Shown piece after piece: positions 13,224 to 26,370 of a DNA stretch of 64,000 bases. The notes beneath the pieces are model-generated. The model ran no database searches. It saw only the letters and a list, made by a program, of their open reading frames with translations, and had not been told where the DNA came from. Each line of letters opens with the position of its first letter. Position 1 is the first letter of the stretch. The translations under genes were made by a program, and so were the position numbers. The DNA comes from Asterias rubens (taxonomy: Eukaryota): the NCBI RefSeq assembly GCF_902459465.1, contig NC_047069.1, positions 14,880,001 to 14,944,000 of the forward strand. The letters are read 5' to 3'.

Positions 13224-13847
13224 ATGGCCAACAGATCAGTTCTACTCAAAGTAGTTATCCTTGGTGATGGAGGAGTCGGGAAAAGCTCCCTCATGAACCG
13301 ATTCATCAGCAATAGTTTTGACAGTCATTCGTTCCATACGATCGGCGTGGAATTCTTAAATAAAGACATCGCCATTGGATCAGAGAACTACACAATCCAA
13401 ATATGGGACACAGCAGGTCAGGAACGCTTCAAAAGTCTCAGGACGCCGTTCTACAGAGGATCGGACTGTTGCATGTTGACCTTTGCCCTGGACGACTTGC
13501 AGAGCTTCCGCAACTTGAACATGTGGAAGAGGGAGTTTCTGTACTACGCAGACGTCACCGACGCGGACAACTTTCCATTTGTTGTGCTCGGGAACAAAGT
13601 TGACGTTGATGAGGACGAGAGGCAGGTCACGCAAGAGGCCGCCATGGAGTGGTGCGCGTCCAATGGGAATATACCGTACTACGAGACAAGTGCAAAGACT
13701 GCTGTGCGTGTCGACGAGGCATTTAAAGCTGCCGTACAGAGGGTTGTCGAACTGGATCGGAAACAAGACTTAAAAACGTCTCCGACCACAGACTCTATTG
13801 TCCTGAAAACGAAGCCTAGCAACAAGCCACATAGTTCCTGTTGTTGA
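13224..13847 (+). CDS. RAB9: Rab9 small GTPase (late endosome to TGN), 207 aa, single coding exon
   Basis: GDGGVGKS P-loop, FHTIGVEFLNK, WDTAGQERFKSLRTPFYRGSDCC, NKVD, ETSAK and a C-terminal CC. These switch-region sequences are Rab9-diagnostic. Confidence 0.97.
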   Translation: MANRSVLLKVVILGDGGVGKSSLMNRFISNSFDSHSFHTIGVEFLNKDIAIGSENYTIQIWDTAGQERFKSLRTPFYRGSDCCMLTFALDDLQSFRNLNMWKREFLYYADVTDADNFPFVVLGNKVDVDEDERQVTQEAAMEWCASNGNIPYYETSAKTAVRVDEAFKAAVQRVVELDRKQDLKTSPTTDSIVLKTKPSNKPHSSCC

Positions 13848-15043
13848 CCAGTAAGGCATTGTTAAATTAATAACCTCATGGAAAATATACAGCTTTTGTT
13901 TTTGCGATTTGCATGGAATACAGTTGACTAAGCCCACCAGTGAAAATTCAGAAGTTGCCTTTGTATACATCATTATTGCTCTCGCATCAGAGATTGGTTT
14001 TTATTTTTTAGAACTGCTCTTATAAAGTAAAAAAATGCAAGTGTCCGTGTGTCATCAAGCAAGGCAGTGTATGAAGTAAGTGGTAGGTGAAGAACAGGTG
14101 GTTTATAACATGACACCTGTTCTCCCCCTCCCTAAAAAGGAAGGAAAAAAGAAAAGAAATACTATGTACTCATCACTTGACATCACCGCCCATTGATATA
14201 TCTTGGTTGTGCCATTTTGAAAGTCGTACTCCTTGTGTGTGACTGTGCAGTGTGCATTTTAATTTGGACACCCTGTTACAGTATTACATATGTAATCTGT
14301 TAACAATTTTGATACCCAGTTTTAAAATTTCTAGCAAATTTTGTCACTTCTTTAATTCTAATACCACATCCTGGCTAAAACTTTGACTGTTGTCACTAAA
14401 TTGTGTGTGAAATTTCCACAAGTTGTTTGGATGGTGTGAACACTTGAAGATGGAAACTAATGCTGTTTTATGATTGCAGCTTATTCCCTAATGGATATGA
14501 AGCAACAAGTTAAAGAACATTCAGAGTTAACCTAAGCGACCTTTGGAATGTCTGGACTTAACTTTCCTTTTTTGAAGTGGGAGCAATCATGATGTTGCCT
14601 TCGTGTACCCGAAGGATTTGTACTGTTAGTAGACTGGTGTGATTTGTTATTACAGTGTTACTGTGTAATTGTTGGTTCATATCAAATAAGCGCTAAAACT
14701 AACAGAAATTTGTATAATAGTACAGTCTTGAACTTGTCACTGAATACACCTCTGGTAGTCACAAGTAAATTTCCCAAAATGAACATGTTGTAAAATAACT
14801 ACAGTTAGATCAATTTTTCCCTGGTCAATGAACTTTATTTCTCAATGTACACATCCCCAAAAAATTCCAAATGTAAAAAATTTTATGACCAACAGTCCCT
14901 CTTTTTTTAAAGTTATTACACAGGAAACAAAACTTCTTTTTGGGTAGGTTGTATGCAGGAAATACCTGAATATATAAAATTGTGAAGTTCCTGTGGTGTA
15001 TTGTGAATGCGATGCAAGTCATACTCTTGAATCCATTTTCCAG

Positions 15044-15247
15044 AATACACCGATCCGTTAGGCTCCGCCCACAGCGCACGTGTGAGCAAGAACACGTGAG
15101 CCCTTCCAATGCCATTGTGCACAACTCTGCCGCGCGCGCCAAGCATACACGCACCGCATGTCGGACTTATAGTGTCAGACTTTTGGTTGTGCAATGGGTT
15201 GTAATTGGTCAATATGCAATGGGGCGGAGCTTAATGGATCGGTCTTT
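15044..15247. mobile_element. ~200-bp GC-rich MITE
   Basis: ACCGATCCGTTAGGCTCCGCCC ... GGGCGGAGCTTAATGGATCGGT inverted ends. Confidence 0.7.
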
Positions 15248-16463
15248 TGTTGAGCAACAGACCGTTGTGGCGGTTTCAGTCTTCCGCTGTGTTCAGTTTA
15301 CCAGGACTGAGTATGGCACTAACCATTGACTACTTTTGCCTGCTGAGCGCAGGCGTCGCATGACGTAATGTTACCGTATTTGGTCATTTGGAAAACTGAA
15401 CACGGGGGAAAGTTCAAACCACCACACCGTTCAGGTTTGTTTGTAAACTATGCTTGGTTGGCAGACTTTTTTTATTTCTTTTTGTCAAAGATGTTTTTTA
15501 ATTTTGTAGTGTGGTACTTAGTTTCATGTACGTGTTGCGAGTAATAGTACATAGAAGTACACAGACAATGTACCCACTTCCTGTTGGTTAATAACACAAC
15601 CCTAACCTCAATATTTGTTTTCATTGTTTGGTTTGTAAATTCACTATTCACTTTGTGAAACTGAAAGCCAATCTGGTACAATGTAAGCAAAGACCTTCGA
15701 CTGCATCACAAATCGCCAACATGCATATAAATTTATGTTTTGTGTACACAATGCACAAAGAATTTGGGATACAGACATCAATATTTTTGAATAAATTGGT
15801 TCTCACATAGTGATTTTAGGGTCCAAGTGAGTGCTGACTACCGTACTGGTGGTAGTAGTATTAAAAATAGAAATAGCATCGGGAACAATCACGGGAAAGA
15901 CAAATGGCGGAGACAGCAAGCTGCTCCAAAATCCTTGAAAGAGACCTAAACTGTAAACTTTTTCAGAGTAGACAGCCAAAAGGATCATTGCGTTGGAAAG
16001 ACATTCGAAACAAAAATGGAGGTCACAGAAAAGAAAAGTTCTCAAAAATCCTTGAAGCAGACCTAGCATAAAGGATCAATGAATACATGTAAATTGAATG
16101 AATAGTCACTTTAGTATTATTTTGTTAAAGGCTGGTTTTACTTGGTATGAGTACATCATAACATGACAGTAACTACATGATGCTAAAGTCAAACTTGAGA
16201 ACGTTATTTTTGATGATATTTGAGATGTTATTTTTTTTTATTATATAAAGAAGTGTGCGGTGCTGGCATGGAGGGTCACATACATGTATGGTATGATATT
16301 TACATCATGTTGTTCAGATATAATCTTGCTGAACGGATTGAGTGTAGTGATCATTGGAAAAAATTGTACAATTCAAATATTTGGTGGAAAATGTGTGTAA
16401 AAGAGAGTATACTATTGCAGCTGTTTTAAGGAAGGTACAACATTGGTCTGGGGTTCATACTCC

Positions 16464-16691
16464 AATGGACCTTTCCTATGAAATGTGCTAATTACATTCA
16501 CGCATGCGTACAAACCCTGTTGGTTGGAAAACACCATAGAGTTGTGCACTAAGCAGACGCGCAATCGCGTCTGCGTCACGCACCCATTAGCCGTGTACAA
16601 AACAGCGCGATGTTCCCTCATTTTGCCAACCAAAACGTTAGTGCGCACGCGCTATGTGCAATTTACATATTTCATGGGAAGGGTCTATTGG
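16464..16691. mobile_element. ~230-bp MITE
   Basis: CAATGGACCTTTCCTATGAAATGTG ... CATATTTCATGGGAAGGGTCTATTG inverted ends. Confidence 0.7.
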
Positions 16692-18433
16692 CCACTTCCC
16701 CTAATTGGCTGCCATCTTCGATGAAACTTGCATGCGTGAAATGTTACATTGACTGAGAGTCGTGCGCAGTGTGTACACTCGTGCACTTTTTTATTGTTTA
16801 TCATCAAAGATGGCGGTCATTGGTGCCATCTATACACACTTTAACCAAAAGAAAAATCCATTCAGTCTTTTTACTTTCAGTTGCTAAGCTGTCTTAGGTT
16901 TCGTTGCCTAGCGGCCCAGGGTTGGCTCGTAGGAAACCCAACACTTAACCACCATCGTGTGTTTTCTAGGAACGCTGCTAAAACCAGCAAAATGAAACAG
17001 AGTTCTAACCACATCAGGACTGTATGTTTTGCTTTTAAAAAAGGAAAGGGCACCAAGGCAGTTTCTCCTTGGTAAAGGGCACCCTATGAGGAAATTGTAA
17101 ATTTTGACAGTAGCATTTCAAGGGCACAAAGGCAATGACCAGGGGACATGGAGGCAATGAATCGTGAAGTATCAGACCTCTCATGTTTTTTCTATGCACG
17201 CTGAACAAAACAGCAAAATGAAGCAAAGTTCTAACCAAAGAAACGTAGATCCTGGTAACTTGTCAAGGCACTGCCTTCCATACCAAGTATGGTAGATTTG
17301 GTACCAATCATTGCAATCAAACAATAGAACCGCTCAAGTGCACTCATAGTCTTGAAATCAAGTCAGTAATTGTAAAGCGCGGTGTGGTCACGGGGACGGT
17401 ACACACATCCTCGATCCCAGTATGTGTGTGAGTCAGCTGCCTCGCGCTACCTACGACAGTTGCATGAATGTATAATCGCACTGTGACTGTTGCATGACGG
17501 CAAAATGTGTGTTTGTAACAAATAGGCAGCGCCTAACAACTTGTCATCAAGTCTAGTGCGTACACTGCACTCGCAACTCTCAGCCAGTGATAGGTCTTCC
17601 TTTGACCTCAGTTCGGGTGCTGTTCGGGCTTGTGAAGCCATATGGAAGGGGTCTATATCAACCAAAACTAAGGGTTTGATTTGAAACCTTTATTTAGAGG
17701 GTCTAATTGGAAAGTTTGCTTTAAAAAAGTAATACAAGAAGAATTTACCAATGTTGTATCTTCTGTTAAAAGTGTACTGTTTAAATATCTAGTATTTCTT
17801 GCTGTTTAGAATGTAACAGCTTTGGTGGGCCAGACGCCAGGCTTGGAATTTTCTGTCAGAATTTTGAGAAGACATTCTTGAATATTTTGAAAGTGCATCA
17901 AGTTCAAGTGCAGGTCACAGAGGGCAATGACCTCTGTGACAATTGTGAATTTCCAGGCCTGTAGGATACATGTAATTGATCATGTAATGTCAGTGTATAA
18001 AATAAAATGAAATTGCAATACAGCATGTAACAGTCTTGAGAATCAATTATGGTATGATTTTTTGTTAATTGCAAATCAATAAATGTTGACAAAGTTCACA
18101 CATTCAAGAGAGAACCACCCTCCACTACATCAACTTGACCCAAGTCACCAACTCCTATGAAATATCCTTCAAATCAAAAGATTTACGAAAAAACACTCAA
18201 AAAGGGTCACAGCTCTCCAAACTAAAACAAACATCCCCACCAACAAAACAAAAAAAACCCACATGTTTAAAGCTATAGCCCCGAAGAAGAAAGTTAAAAC
18301 ACCGCTCTCCAAAAACAGCCATCTTTAAAGCTAATATTTGGCTTTCCATAAATACAGCACAGGTCCTATTTTGTTAATGTATTTAATTTGTCAAGCAAAA
18401 TTCAGTATTTAACTTTGCATTTTAATTGTACTT

Positions 18434-18783
18434 AAAGGCAGTGGACACTATTGGTAATTGACAAAGACAAGACTTCACAGTTGGTGTATCTCAACATATG
18501 CATAAAATAACTAACCTGTGAAAATTTGAGCTCAATCGGTCCTCGAACTTGCGAGATAATAATGAAAGAAAAAAACACCCTTGTCACATGAAGTTGTGTA
18601 CGTTTAGATGGTTGATTTCGAGACCTCAAGTTCTAAATCTGAGGTCTTGAAATCAAATTCGTAAAAAATTACTTCTTTCTCGAAAACTATGGCACTTCAG
18701 AGGGAGCCGTTTCTCACAATGTTTTATACCATCAACCCCTCCCCATTACTCGTCACCAAGAAAGGTTTTATGATAATAAAACA
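18434..18783. mobile_element. MITE family A, right end truncated
   Basis: Starts AAAGGCAGTGGACACTATTGGTAATTG, and the body matches 36358-36739. Confidence 0.85.
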
Positions 18784-20480
18784 ATTCAGTTCAGATGAGC
18801 TTTATGCAGAATTAGCAGCATTTCAGACAGGCCTAATCAGAAAGATTGGTATTGGTTTAAAAACAAAAATATCATTATATTTTTTCCCTACATATACAAA
18901 TCCTGTACTTTCCCTTTAAATAGGTCTAAATATATTCTGTACAAATAACCAGTCAGTGATGATTCAGTTGGAGTTCAGACAGTCGAGAGTCTACAATTTG
19001 TTTGACATTTAAAATTTGGTCTTTGGAACTGGTATTGTCAAGAATAATTAACGGGAACAAAAACACCCCCGAAGACCATAAGTTGATATTACATTAGCGG
19101 TTAAAGGAACATTACCAATTTATTTTAAGAAGAGTTGCTGGCAGTGTAAGCACTTTATGTAATCATTTCCACCATATACATAAACTGACAAACCTGAAGA
19201 AGTTTTAGATCGATCAGCCATCTGGGTCACGAAAAAAATAGTGAAAAACAGATGAAACATTTTGCATGACACGGATTCAAAAAGAAAAATGATAAAACGC
19301 TCACTGAGCGGTAAACTCCAAACGGGAAATTAGTTTTATTTAATTCTCATCAAATATGACATTTCAGATAAAAATATTTTTAGGGATGTTTTCTACTATC
19401 ATCATCATTAGACCGTGTAAGTTTAATGTAAATCTGTGGTCTGAGACAAAATTTTATTCTTAGCTATTCTGTAATGTTCCTTTAAAAGGACAGCCAACAT
19501 TTATCAATGGTATCTGTCTACCTACCCCCCCCCCCCCCCCACCAGACAGTAGCCTGCAGTGTTGATTAATAAGAGACTTCCAAGTCCATACATGACATCT
19601 TTATGAGTTATTTTTGGATGCACAACATTGGTAAGATTGAAAGTAACTAAATATTTACTGATTTTTACACAAATTAAGGTTTTTACACAAACTGTCAACA
19701 CAAGTTGTGTAGAAATCTGTAAATATTTGTGTGTATAAAGATGGCAATGGTGGAAAACTCACATGAAATATTATGGCATGACATGCCATACATTTTGAAA
19801 AAAAGAATACAAGATTTTGAAAAAATTAATAAAAACAATTAGTTTTGATTTTAAGAACTTGATGTTATAAATAGTGTAACAAATCTAAAGGGTTTTGAAC
19901 TACATGTATATTCTGGTGACTTGGATGACTGATTGAGCTTCGTAGGTTTTTCATGTACATGTTGGGTCGTACAAAATACACTTGCCGGTACTGGTCTTTG
20001 ATGATAACAAATGTTGGGTGCATGGTTTAAAGGTATAGTTCCTGGTTCATGGTATGCCATCTGTATGGAAAATGGATTTAGCTTTCTTGCACCGCGGCGC
20101 GTGGCAAGTGCTCTAATTAATTTTTGTCTTTGTAGCCAAGGTAAGGAAGGACCATTTGTTTACTAGCAGCTGACATTAACTGGTACTCATGTTGAGAGAC
20201 ATGTGTTAGGTAGCAGGCAATGTCGACCACTTCTAGACCAAAGTGGTCCTTGTTCACCAATGATCATGCAAGGAATTTGATAAAACTATGGCATGCCACA
20301 CATGGTATTTATGAACATTGCAAAGTTGTGCACTAAAAAATGATTTACAATTGCTCATAAAGATGATGGCTGACTCTAAGTGGGACACTCTATTGAACCA
20401 AGTCTTCAATAAATCTTGGTTGTGCCATTTAAAAAGTCAGTTGCTTAACATATTCGGCATACATTTTGACTCCCAATATG

Positions 20481-20737
20481 GGTGGTGGGGTTGGCGTAGT
20501 GGGTTTCTTTCCTCGCCTTCCACCTCTGGGACCCCGGTTCGAATCACACCTGGGCACTTTGTGGATTTGGTTTTCAGTCCCTACCAAACTGTAGGGGGTT
20601 TTCCCTGGAATAATTCTCTGGAGTTTTTTTCACACATTTAAAACTCTTAAACTTCCTTGTCTTCTCTCCATTGGGTTATCGGCTAGTACAGTCCTTGGCT
20701 TCACAACCAAATTAAATGAAATTAAAAGAAATTAAAT
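20481..20737 (+). mobile_element. tRNA-derived SINE
   Basis: A-box-like TGGCGTAGTGG, B box GGTTCGAATC at 20536 and an A-rich (AAATT) tail. A diverged relative lies at ~32705-32870. Confidence 0.75.
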
Positions 20738-21307
20738 TGCAGACCTTCGGCAGACAGTAGCCACATGTGGCGTCAGTGCAGGGAGTCAATAGTCATTTTG
20801 AAGATTATCAATGCTTGTGATAGTGAGTGGGTGTGTGAACATGAATCACTGATCTCCCTGTTCATAACCTAGATTTGTTTGAACATTGCATTTTATGGTA
20901 ATGGAAATATATTCACAGTTCTTGTGGAGCTAGTCACTGTTACAGGCATAAATGTTTGTTCCTTGGAAAAAAAGTAGGAAAATTCTGTCGAGTACGAGGG
21001 CTGACCTACATGGACTCAAGGTATTGGCTCTGAATATACTTTTCAGTCCTATATGTAATAATAAAAAATTCAGATTTTTCCAAGAGATAGCAAGTTGAAT
21101 AACAGAAGAATATCATGCCCGCTGTTACTATTGATCAGTCTTCTGCTTTGGATGGGTAATGCCAACGGGGAATCACCGCTCGATTCCTTGAGTCAAGTAG
21201 CCAATGTTAATTACAGAATATTGCACATTTCAAGTGTTGGAGTAGGTGAGTCTGTCTACCCTTGGACACTGCGGACTTTAGACACTGCAGACTTTAGGGT
21301 AGGGATC

Positions 21308-21561
21308 CTGGGCTCAATTACATGGCTCTGCTTACCGTAAGCACAGAATCGGCGCTTATGGAAGCAGGGAATTCTGTGCTTACGGCAAGCTTATTTCACG
21401 GGTACGCGGCGAATTTTGGCTTCTGCGCATGCGTACTCCACGTTACTAGGCATTCTACGCTTACAAGGCTAGCGCAAAAATTCGGCGCTTACACGTAAGC
21501 GGGGAATCGTGTTCGTAAGCACAGAATTCGGCGGTAAGCAGAGCCATGAAATTGGGCCCAG
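21308..21561. mobile_element. ~250-bp MITE, family D
   Basis: CTGGGCTCAATTACATGGCTCTGCTTACCG ... CGGTAAGCAGAGCCATGAAATTGGGCCCAG. Relatives lie at ~44925-45150 and 54421-55801. Confidence 0.85.
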
Positions 21562-21654
21562 GTGGTGTGATAGACACAAGAGTAAAAGTCCTTGCTGGAC
21601 CCAAAAATCTGACTAGCATTCAAATTTTAGGAGGTGTATTAAATAACTTTGTTT

Positions 21655-21790
21655 TTTTACCCATACACCGATGTGTGTTAGCACTGTATACTGAGTACTT
21701 TTTCGAGTCCTGTAAAAAAATATCACAGGACAGGACTCGAAAAAGTACTGAGTATACAGTGCTAACACACATCGGTGTATATGGGTAAAA
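21655..21790. repeat. Near-perfect fold-back palindrome (~59-bp arms) of a dispersed repeat end
   Basis: TTTTACCCATACACCGATGTGTGTTAGCACTGTATAC...GAGTCCTGT, a 16-nt loop, then the reverse complement. Confidence 0.9.
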
Positions 21791-23758
21791 ACCAAAATGA
21801 TTCTTTATCCCCAATGAAAATTTAGGCGGTATGTTGAAATGATAACATTTCCACCATTTTGGTCAACCGCTGGGGCTTATATTTCGCAGAACTTTTAGGA
21901 ATAGGGTCCTCGGTGCCAAATCAAAGAGAAGGATTTCTTAAAATGTGGGAAAAATAATGGATGATTTTCTTCACCAGTCTGGCAAGAAAGTCTAAAGTTT
22001 CTCATCCCTGGACAGAACAAGAATGTCATCAGTTTGCTACTTGTACACAAAACCAAAGTTGAAGTCGCTGATGGAAATTAGTCCAAGCAAAGAAAAGATA
22101 CAGAGAAGTTTCTTGATAAAACAGTTTGTTAAATGTGTTTTTAACAAAACATAAGAAGTATGGACCAGAGAACAAAAGAGGTCCACATTATTTGTTTATT
22201 TTATTTTCATGTGGCGTTCCGTTTGGCAAAGCATTCAAGGTTTGCAGACTTTTTTTTGTATCCCTTTGTTGACTGCTTTACTTCACTTCTTTCCAGTATA
22301 TATAAGGAGATTTTTTGAAAAATCCTTGAAATCAGGACAAATATTCAGATAAATCGCCCGCCTGGTATTCAGTTATACACCACACATGACCAAGCTGTCA
22401 TTTTTCATATACCATTTGGATACTGTAGAATTGACAAAACAAAAAATCCGGAACAAATCTCTAGAAATCATAGCTGAAATTTTGAATTTTACACCTTATA
22501 CAGGGATGAAATTTGCCAACTTTGAATATTCCTGAAAATAGTTTGCAGGCCTAGGTTCTAGACCTAGAACCTCTCCGATGTAACAACTCAGGAGGTTTAC
22601 AGACTCTGTGCATCATCAGAAAGAAAAAACTACAGGTTTGGACACACTATTGACTATTTCTTTCTCCTTATGGTGATTGCTTTAGTTCTTTCAAGAAAAT
22701 TCCTGAAATTGGACTAATCCTGAGAAATTACACACCTGTTAAAGGCAACCTGTCATCCGGGATATATTGGTATAAGTACTGAAAAAGTACACAAATAGAA
22801 TACAATCTTATGAGACAATCTGAAAGAAATGTATGAATAAAAAAAAAACCACTATAACATTTGATTCCGCAGCATAGTTTTATTCCAAGATAAATACACT
22901 GATGCTGATATACAATATCGACGAATTTACCATATTTTTTACCACATGAGGGCACTTTCAAAGGCAAACTTCCCTTCATTACAATTAAAGTTTCTCTTAT
23001 TCTGATTGCCTATGTTTTCTTGCACCAATGCCCAGTCGATGATAATAATAACATTTGAAAAAAAAGTTTGATTTACTTGTTTTGCATTACGTAAATTTGG
23101 TTCACACACACCCTCAGGTAGACTTGTGGACAAGTCATTAAATGTCTGTCCTGGTGATAGCAGAAGGGCTAATTTCGTAACTATCTTGCGAGACTGCTGA
23201 TCTGCTGCTCTGCACGAGACTATTTTTAAATAGTTAAAACGACTTGCCATAAGTCTAACCCTCACAAAGTCAAAAATACTGCAAGTTCCCGTTGGTACAT
23301 TCACACTTTGTACAGGTGTCACAAGATAAAAAATACCAGAATCCAAACTGTGAAAGTGAAATTAACAAAAATTCAGATTAATCCAATCCATTCTTACATC
23401 AAATTCTATTTCCTTATTTAAAGGGTGTGCACAACATTTGGTCAGATTTAAAATTGAGGTTTTATTGACTTGCACACAACTTACATGGTATAGAGATGGC
23501 CATGGTGGAAAGCTTTTCCTGAAATATGATGCTTGAAATATGATAGTTTCAAAGAAATAAGTAATTAAATAGTTTTGATCTTGCAAGTCCAAAACTGATG
23601 ATATTTGAAAACAGTTGTTTTTCCCCTCAAATTCTTGCAACTCCAATGGCCAAATTGGGCTTTAATTTTCTCAGTTTTGTTCTTCTTCATGTACATGTTG
23701 GATCACAGAAAGTGTGGATATTGGTCTCTGACAATTACCAACGTCGTACACATGCTTG

Positions 23759-24125
23759 AAAGCCATTGGACCCTTTCGGTAAACAGTATTGTCCAAGGCC
23801 CACACAAGGTATCACAACTTCTATATACAATAACAAACCTGTGAAAATTTAGGCTCAATCGGTCATCGGAGTCGGGAGAAATAAACGGAAAAACCCACTC
23901 TTGTTTTCGCACGTTTTGCCGTGTCATGACATTTGTTCAAAATAAATTTGTAATTCTCGCTATCGAGAATTGATATTGTTTTAATGTTTTCTCAAAAAGT
24001 AAAGCATTTCATGGAATATTTCAAGAGAAGTCTTTCACCATTACCTTCTGTAAACCCTGTAAGTTATTTGTAAATCTGTGTTTTTTTTTTTTTTTTTTTC
24101 TGTACCGAAAGTGTATAATGGCTTT
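23759..24125. mobile_element. ~370-bp MITE, family B
   Basis: AAAGCCATTGGACCCTTTCGGTA ... TACCGAAAGTGTATAATGGCTTT. A partial copy lies at ~47540-47590. Confidence 0.8.
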
Positions 24126-24566
24126 AAATAAAGGGAAGGTAAAACATTAACAATGTTGTCAATAACTAGTATTGCCACTCAGAAAGACTATACAGTGATT
24201 AGCACATATTGGTCGAGGGTAAAAACTAAGGCAAAATGTATAGAGCTGCCTTAGCACAAAAGTAGCTGAACACCGTTTGCTTACCAAAAATAAGCCACAA
24301 GGCAAAATACCATTCTACATGTACCGGCAGTGACTTGGTATGCAGCTTTTGCCCTGTGTGCTCTGGCTGTAATGCCCTCTACAAGGTTCCAACACAAATT
24401 TAAATTGTTCTCATAGGAGTGCACCCCTCGCCAGCGGGAAGTTCCTGCGCCACTTCAAGAGCGAAGGCCATTAACTATTGTTTGCAAAAACCACCCTTTC
24501 CAAAATGATGATTGAGCTCAGAGGTTTGGAAAATACCCATAGTTTGGTTATATTAAATGTAAGGTT

Positions 24567-24942
24567 AACGGCAGTGGACACCTTTGTGACCAGTCTTCTC
24601 ACTTAGTGTATCTCAACATATGCATAAAATAACAAACCTGTGAAAATTTGAGCTTGATTGGTCGTTGGAGTTGCGAGATAACCATAAAAGAAAAAAACAC
24701 CCTTGTCACACGAAGTTGTGTGCGTTTAGATGCTTGATTTCAAGACCTCAAATTCTAAACTTGAGGTCTCGAAATCAAATTCGTGGAAAATTACCTCTTT
24801 CTCGAAAACTATGTCACTTCAGAGGGAGCTGCTTCTAACATTGTTTTATACTACCAACCTCTCCCCATTACTCTTTACCAAGTGAGGTTTTATGCTGATA
24901 GTTATTTTGAGTAATTACCAATAGTGTCCAATAGTGCCTTTA
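24567..24942. mobile_element. MITE family A
   Basis: GGCAGTGGACAC ... ATAGTGTCCAATAGTGCCTTT, with the same internal body as the other copies. Confidence 0.85.
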
Positions 24943-25688
24943 AACCATCTGATGGCTGCAACATGACTTACATAATATGTACAAGTAAAAAACAAAAACA
25001 GTTCAAGCATCTGATTACAATCCTGCTTGCAAAGTTTTTCATGGCACCATCGTCGATGGGAACCTTTAAATTTCACACGAAATAGAATAGCACAACATTT
25101 GAACTAGCCAATTATTTGCCCCCTAAAATGGCCAGCAAAACCTACACTAAACTTTATCTTCAGTGAATACATTTCTATAATTTTTATAATATTTTGTGTC
25201 AACTATCAATGCACTTAAAAGACCCCAGTACACACTTATCGCAAAGAAAAGGGGTTCGCCCCGGTGTGTCTGGAAGTGCGACTATCTTCAATTAAGAAGG
25301 CTGCACTAGAAAGGAAGAAGAAGAAGACCTACTTAGCAACATCAACAATAAGCAATTTGCTAAGCGTATTTTCCTTGCTTAGCAGCTATGACCCTGAGGA
25401 GACACACTTATCTTCGAATCAAAGTGCAGCATTTGTTTCATATTCAAGTCTGATATAAAGAGAGAATGTTGGGATATGGATCGCTGAAAAAAAGCTGGTG
25501 GACAAGTAAGACAAGATAATTGGTCCTGCTGGCAAGTCAATGAGAACATTGAGCAAAGTGTAAGTCAGGAGGGGTGTATGGGTGTCTTTTGGACACCCTG
25601 TTTTATCTGTTGTTTACATGTAAATGTATTGTAAGCGAACCCAGTGCAATTCAAATGTAGTCCCACATACCTTGCACGAATACTGTAT

Positions 25689-25763
25689 GTTAAAGCGCCA
25701 GGAGCGCCACTGAGTGACGGATATGCACGCTATAAGAAGCCACTATTATTATTATTATTATTA
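25689..25763 (+). mobile_element. 5'-truncated SINE 3' end with (TAT)n tail
   Basis: TGTTAAAGCGCCAGGAGCGCCACTGAGTGACGGATATGCACGCTATAAGAAGCCACTATTATT matches the 3' end of the SINE at 32025-32380. Confidence 0.7.
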
Positions 25764-26021
25764 TTTCGGACACCCATTTTTAATATTTTCAGCAAACTTG
25801 GACAAGCTTTTATCACATCCTGGCAAAGACCATGGTTAAGAGCATACTCAGTTTTCACTTCAAATGGCGGTTCAAAAGTACTGCACAAACATAGCATTAC
25901 ACTCGCTCTGAGCAGCAGGTAGTCTAGGCCATTGCACTAGCACACTGATTGGTGAGGAATGTTTACGCAAAGTGACTCACAGAAACACCGACAGTGCAGA
26001 GGTCGGCGAGTTTTACCAACA

Positions 26022-26153
26022 TCAAAAGATACCACCGAGAAGAACTGGCTTTGCAGCTTCTAAGATGTCCAAGTTGGGGTCCAAGGATCGGCCGAGACCT
26101 TCTAGGACCATGATGGCAAGCATGATGGAAGCAAAATTACTCTCTAGTTTCAC
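26022..26153 (-). CDS. ADCK2: ADCK2 (aarF/UbiB atypical kinase), exon 10 (last)
   Basis: VKLESNFASIMLAIMVLEGLGRSLDPNLDILEAAKPVLLGGIF*, with the acceptor at 26155-26154 in phase 0. Confidence 0.95.
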   Translation of the reverse strand: MKLESNFASIMLAIMVLEGLGRSLDPNLDILEAAKPVLLGGIF

Positions 26154-26316
26154 CTAGCAGAAAAAAAAACGAGAAACAAATTTTTAAAATCCAACTTTAA
26201 AATCATTTTGGGTTGAACATAGAAAACCTTCATTTTACTAATTTCTAATGCATCAGACCCTAGTACAAACAGACTTTTGTGGGCATTTTGTAATTGCACA
26301 AAGTATACTTTCTTAC

Positions 26317-26370
26317 CTTATGTTTTATCAGTAAAGAGAAAAGGTCCTCCAGAAGGACTCCAACTTGCAT
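26317..26370 (-). CDS. ADCK2: ADCK2 exon 9 (54 nt)
   Basis: tttgtttcAG|MQVGVLLEDLFSLLIKHK|GTAAGA, phase 0/0, equivalent to LHVSSLLSSVFKLLMTHK. Confidence 0.9.

Noticed and set aside
13380-13773. 128-aa antisense ORF and alternative-frame ORFs over Rab9
   Set aside because: These are codon-bias shadows of the real CDS.
22939-23346. 135-aa minus-strand ORF
   Set aside because: It starts at TTG, I recognise no domain in it, and I found no convincing pair of splice sites linking it to a neighbour.
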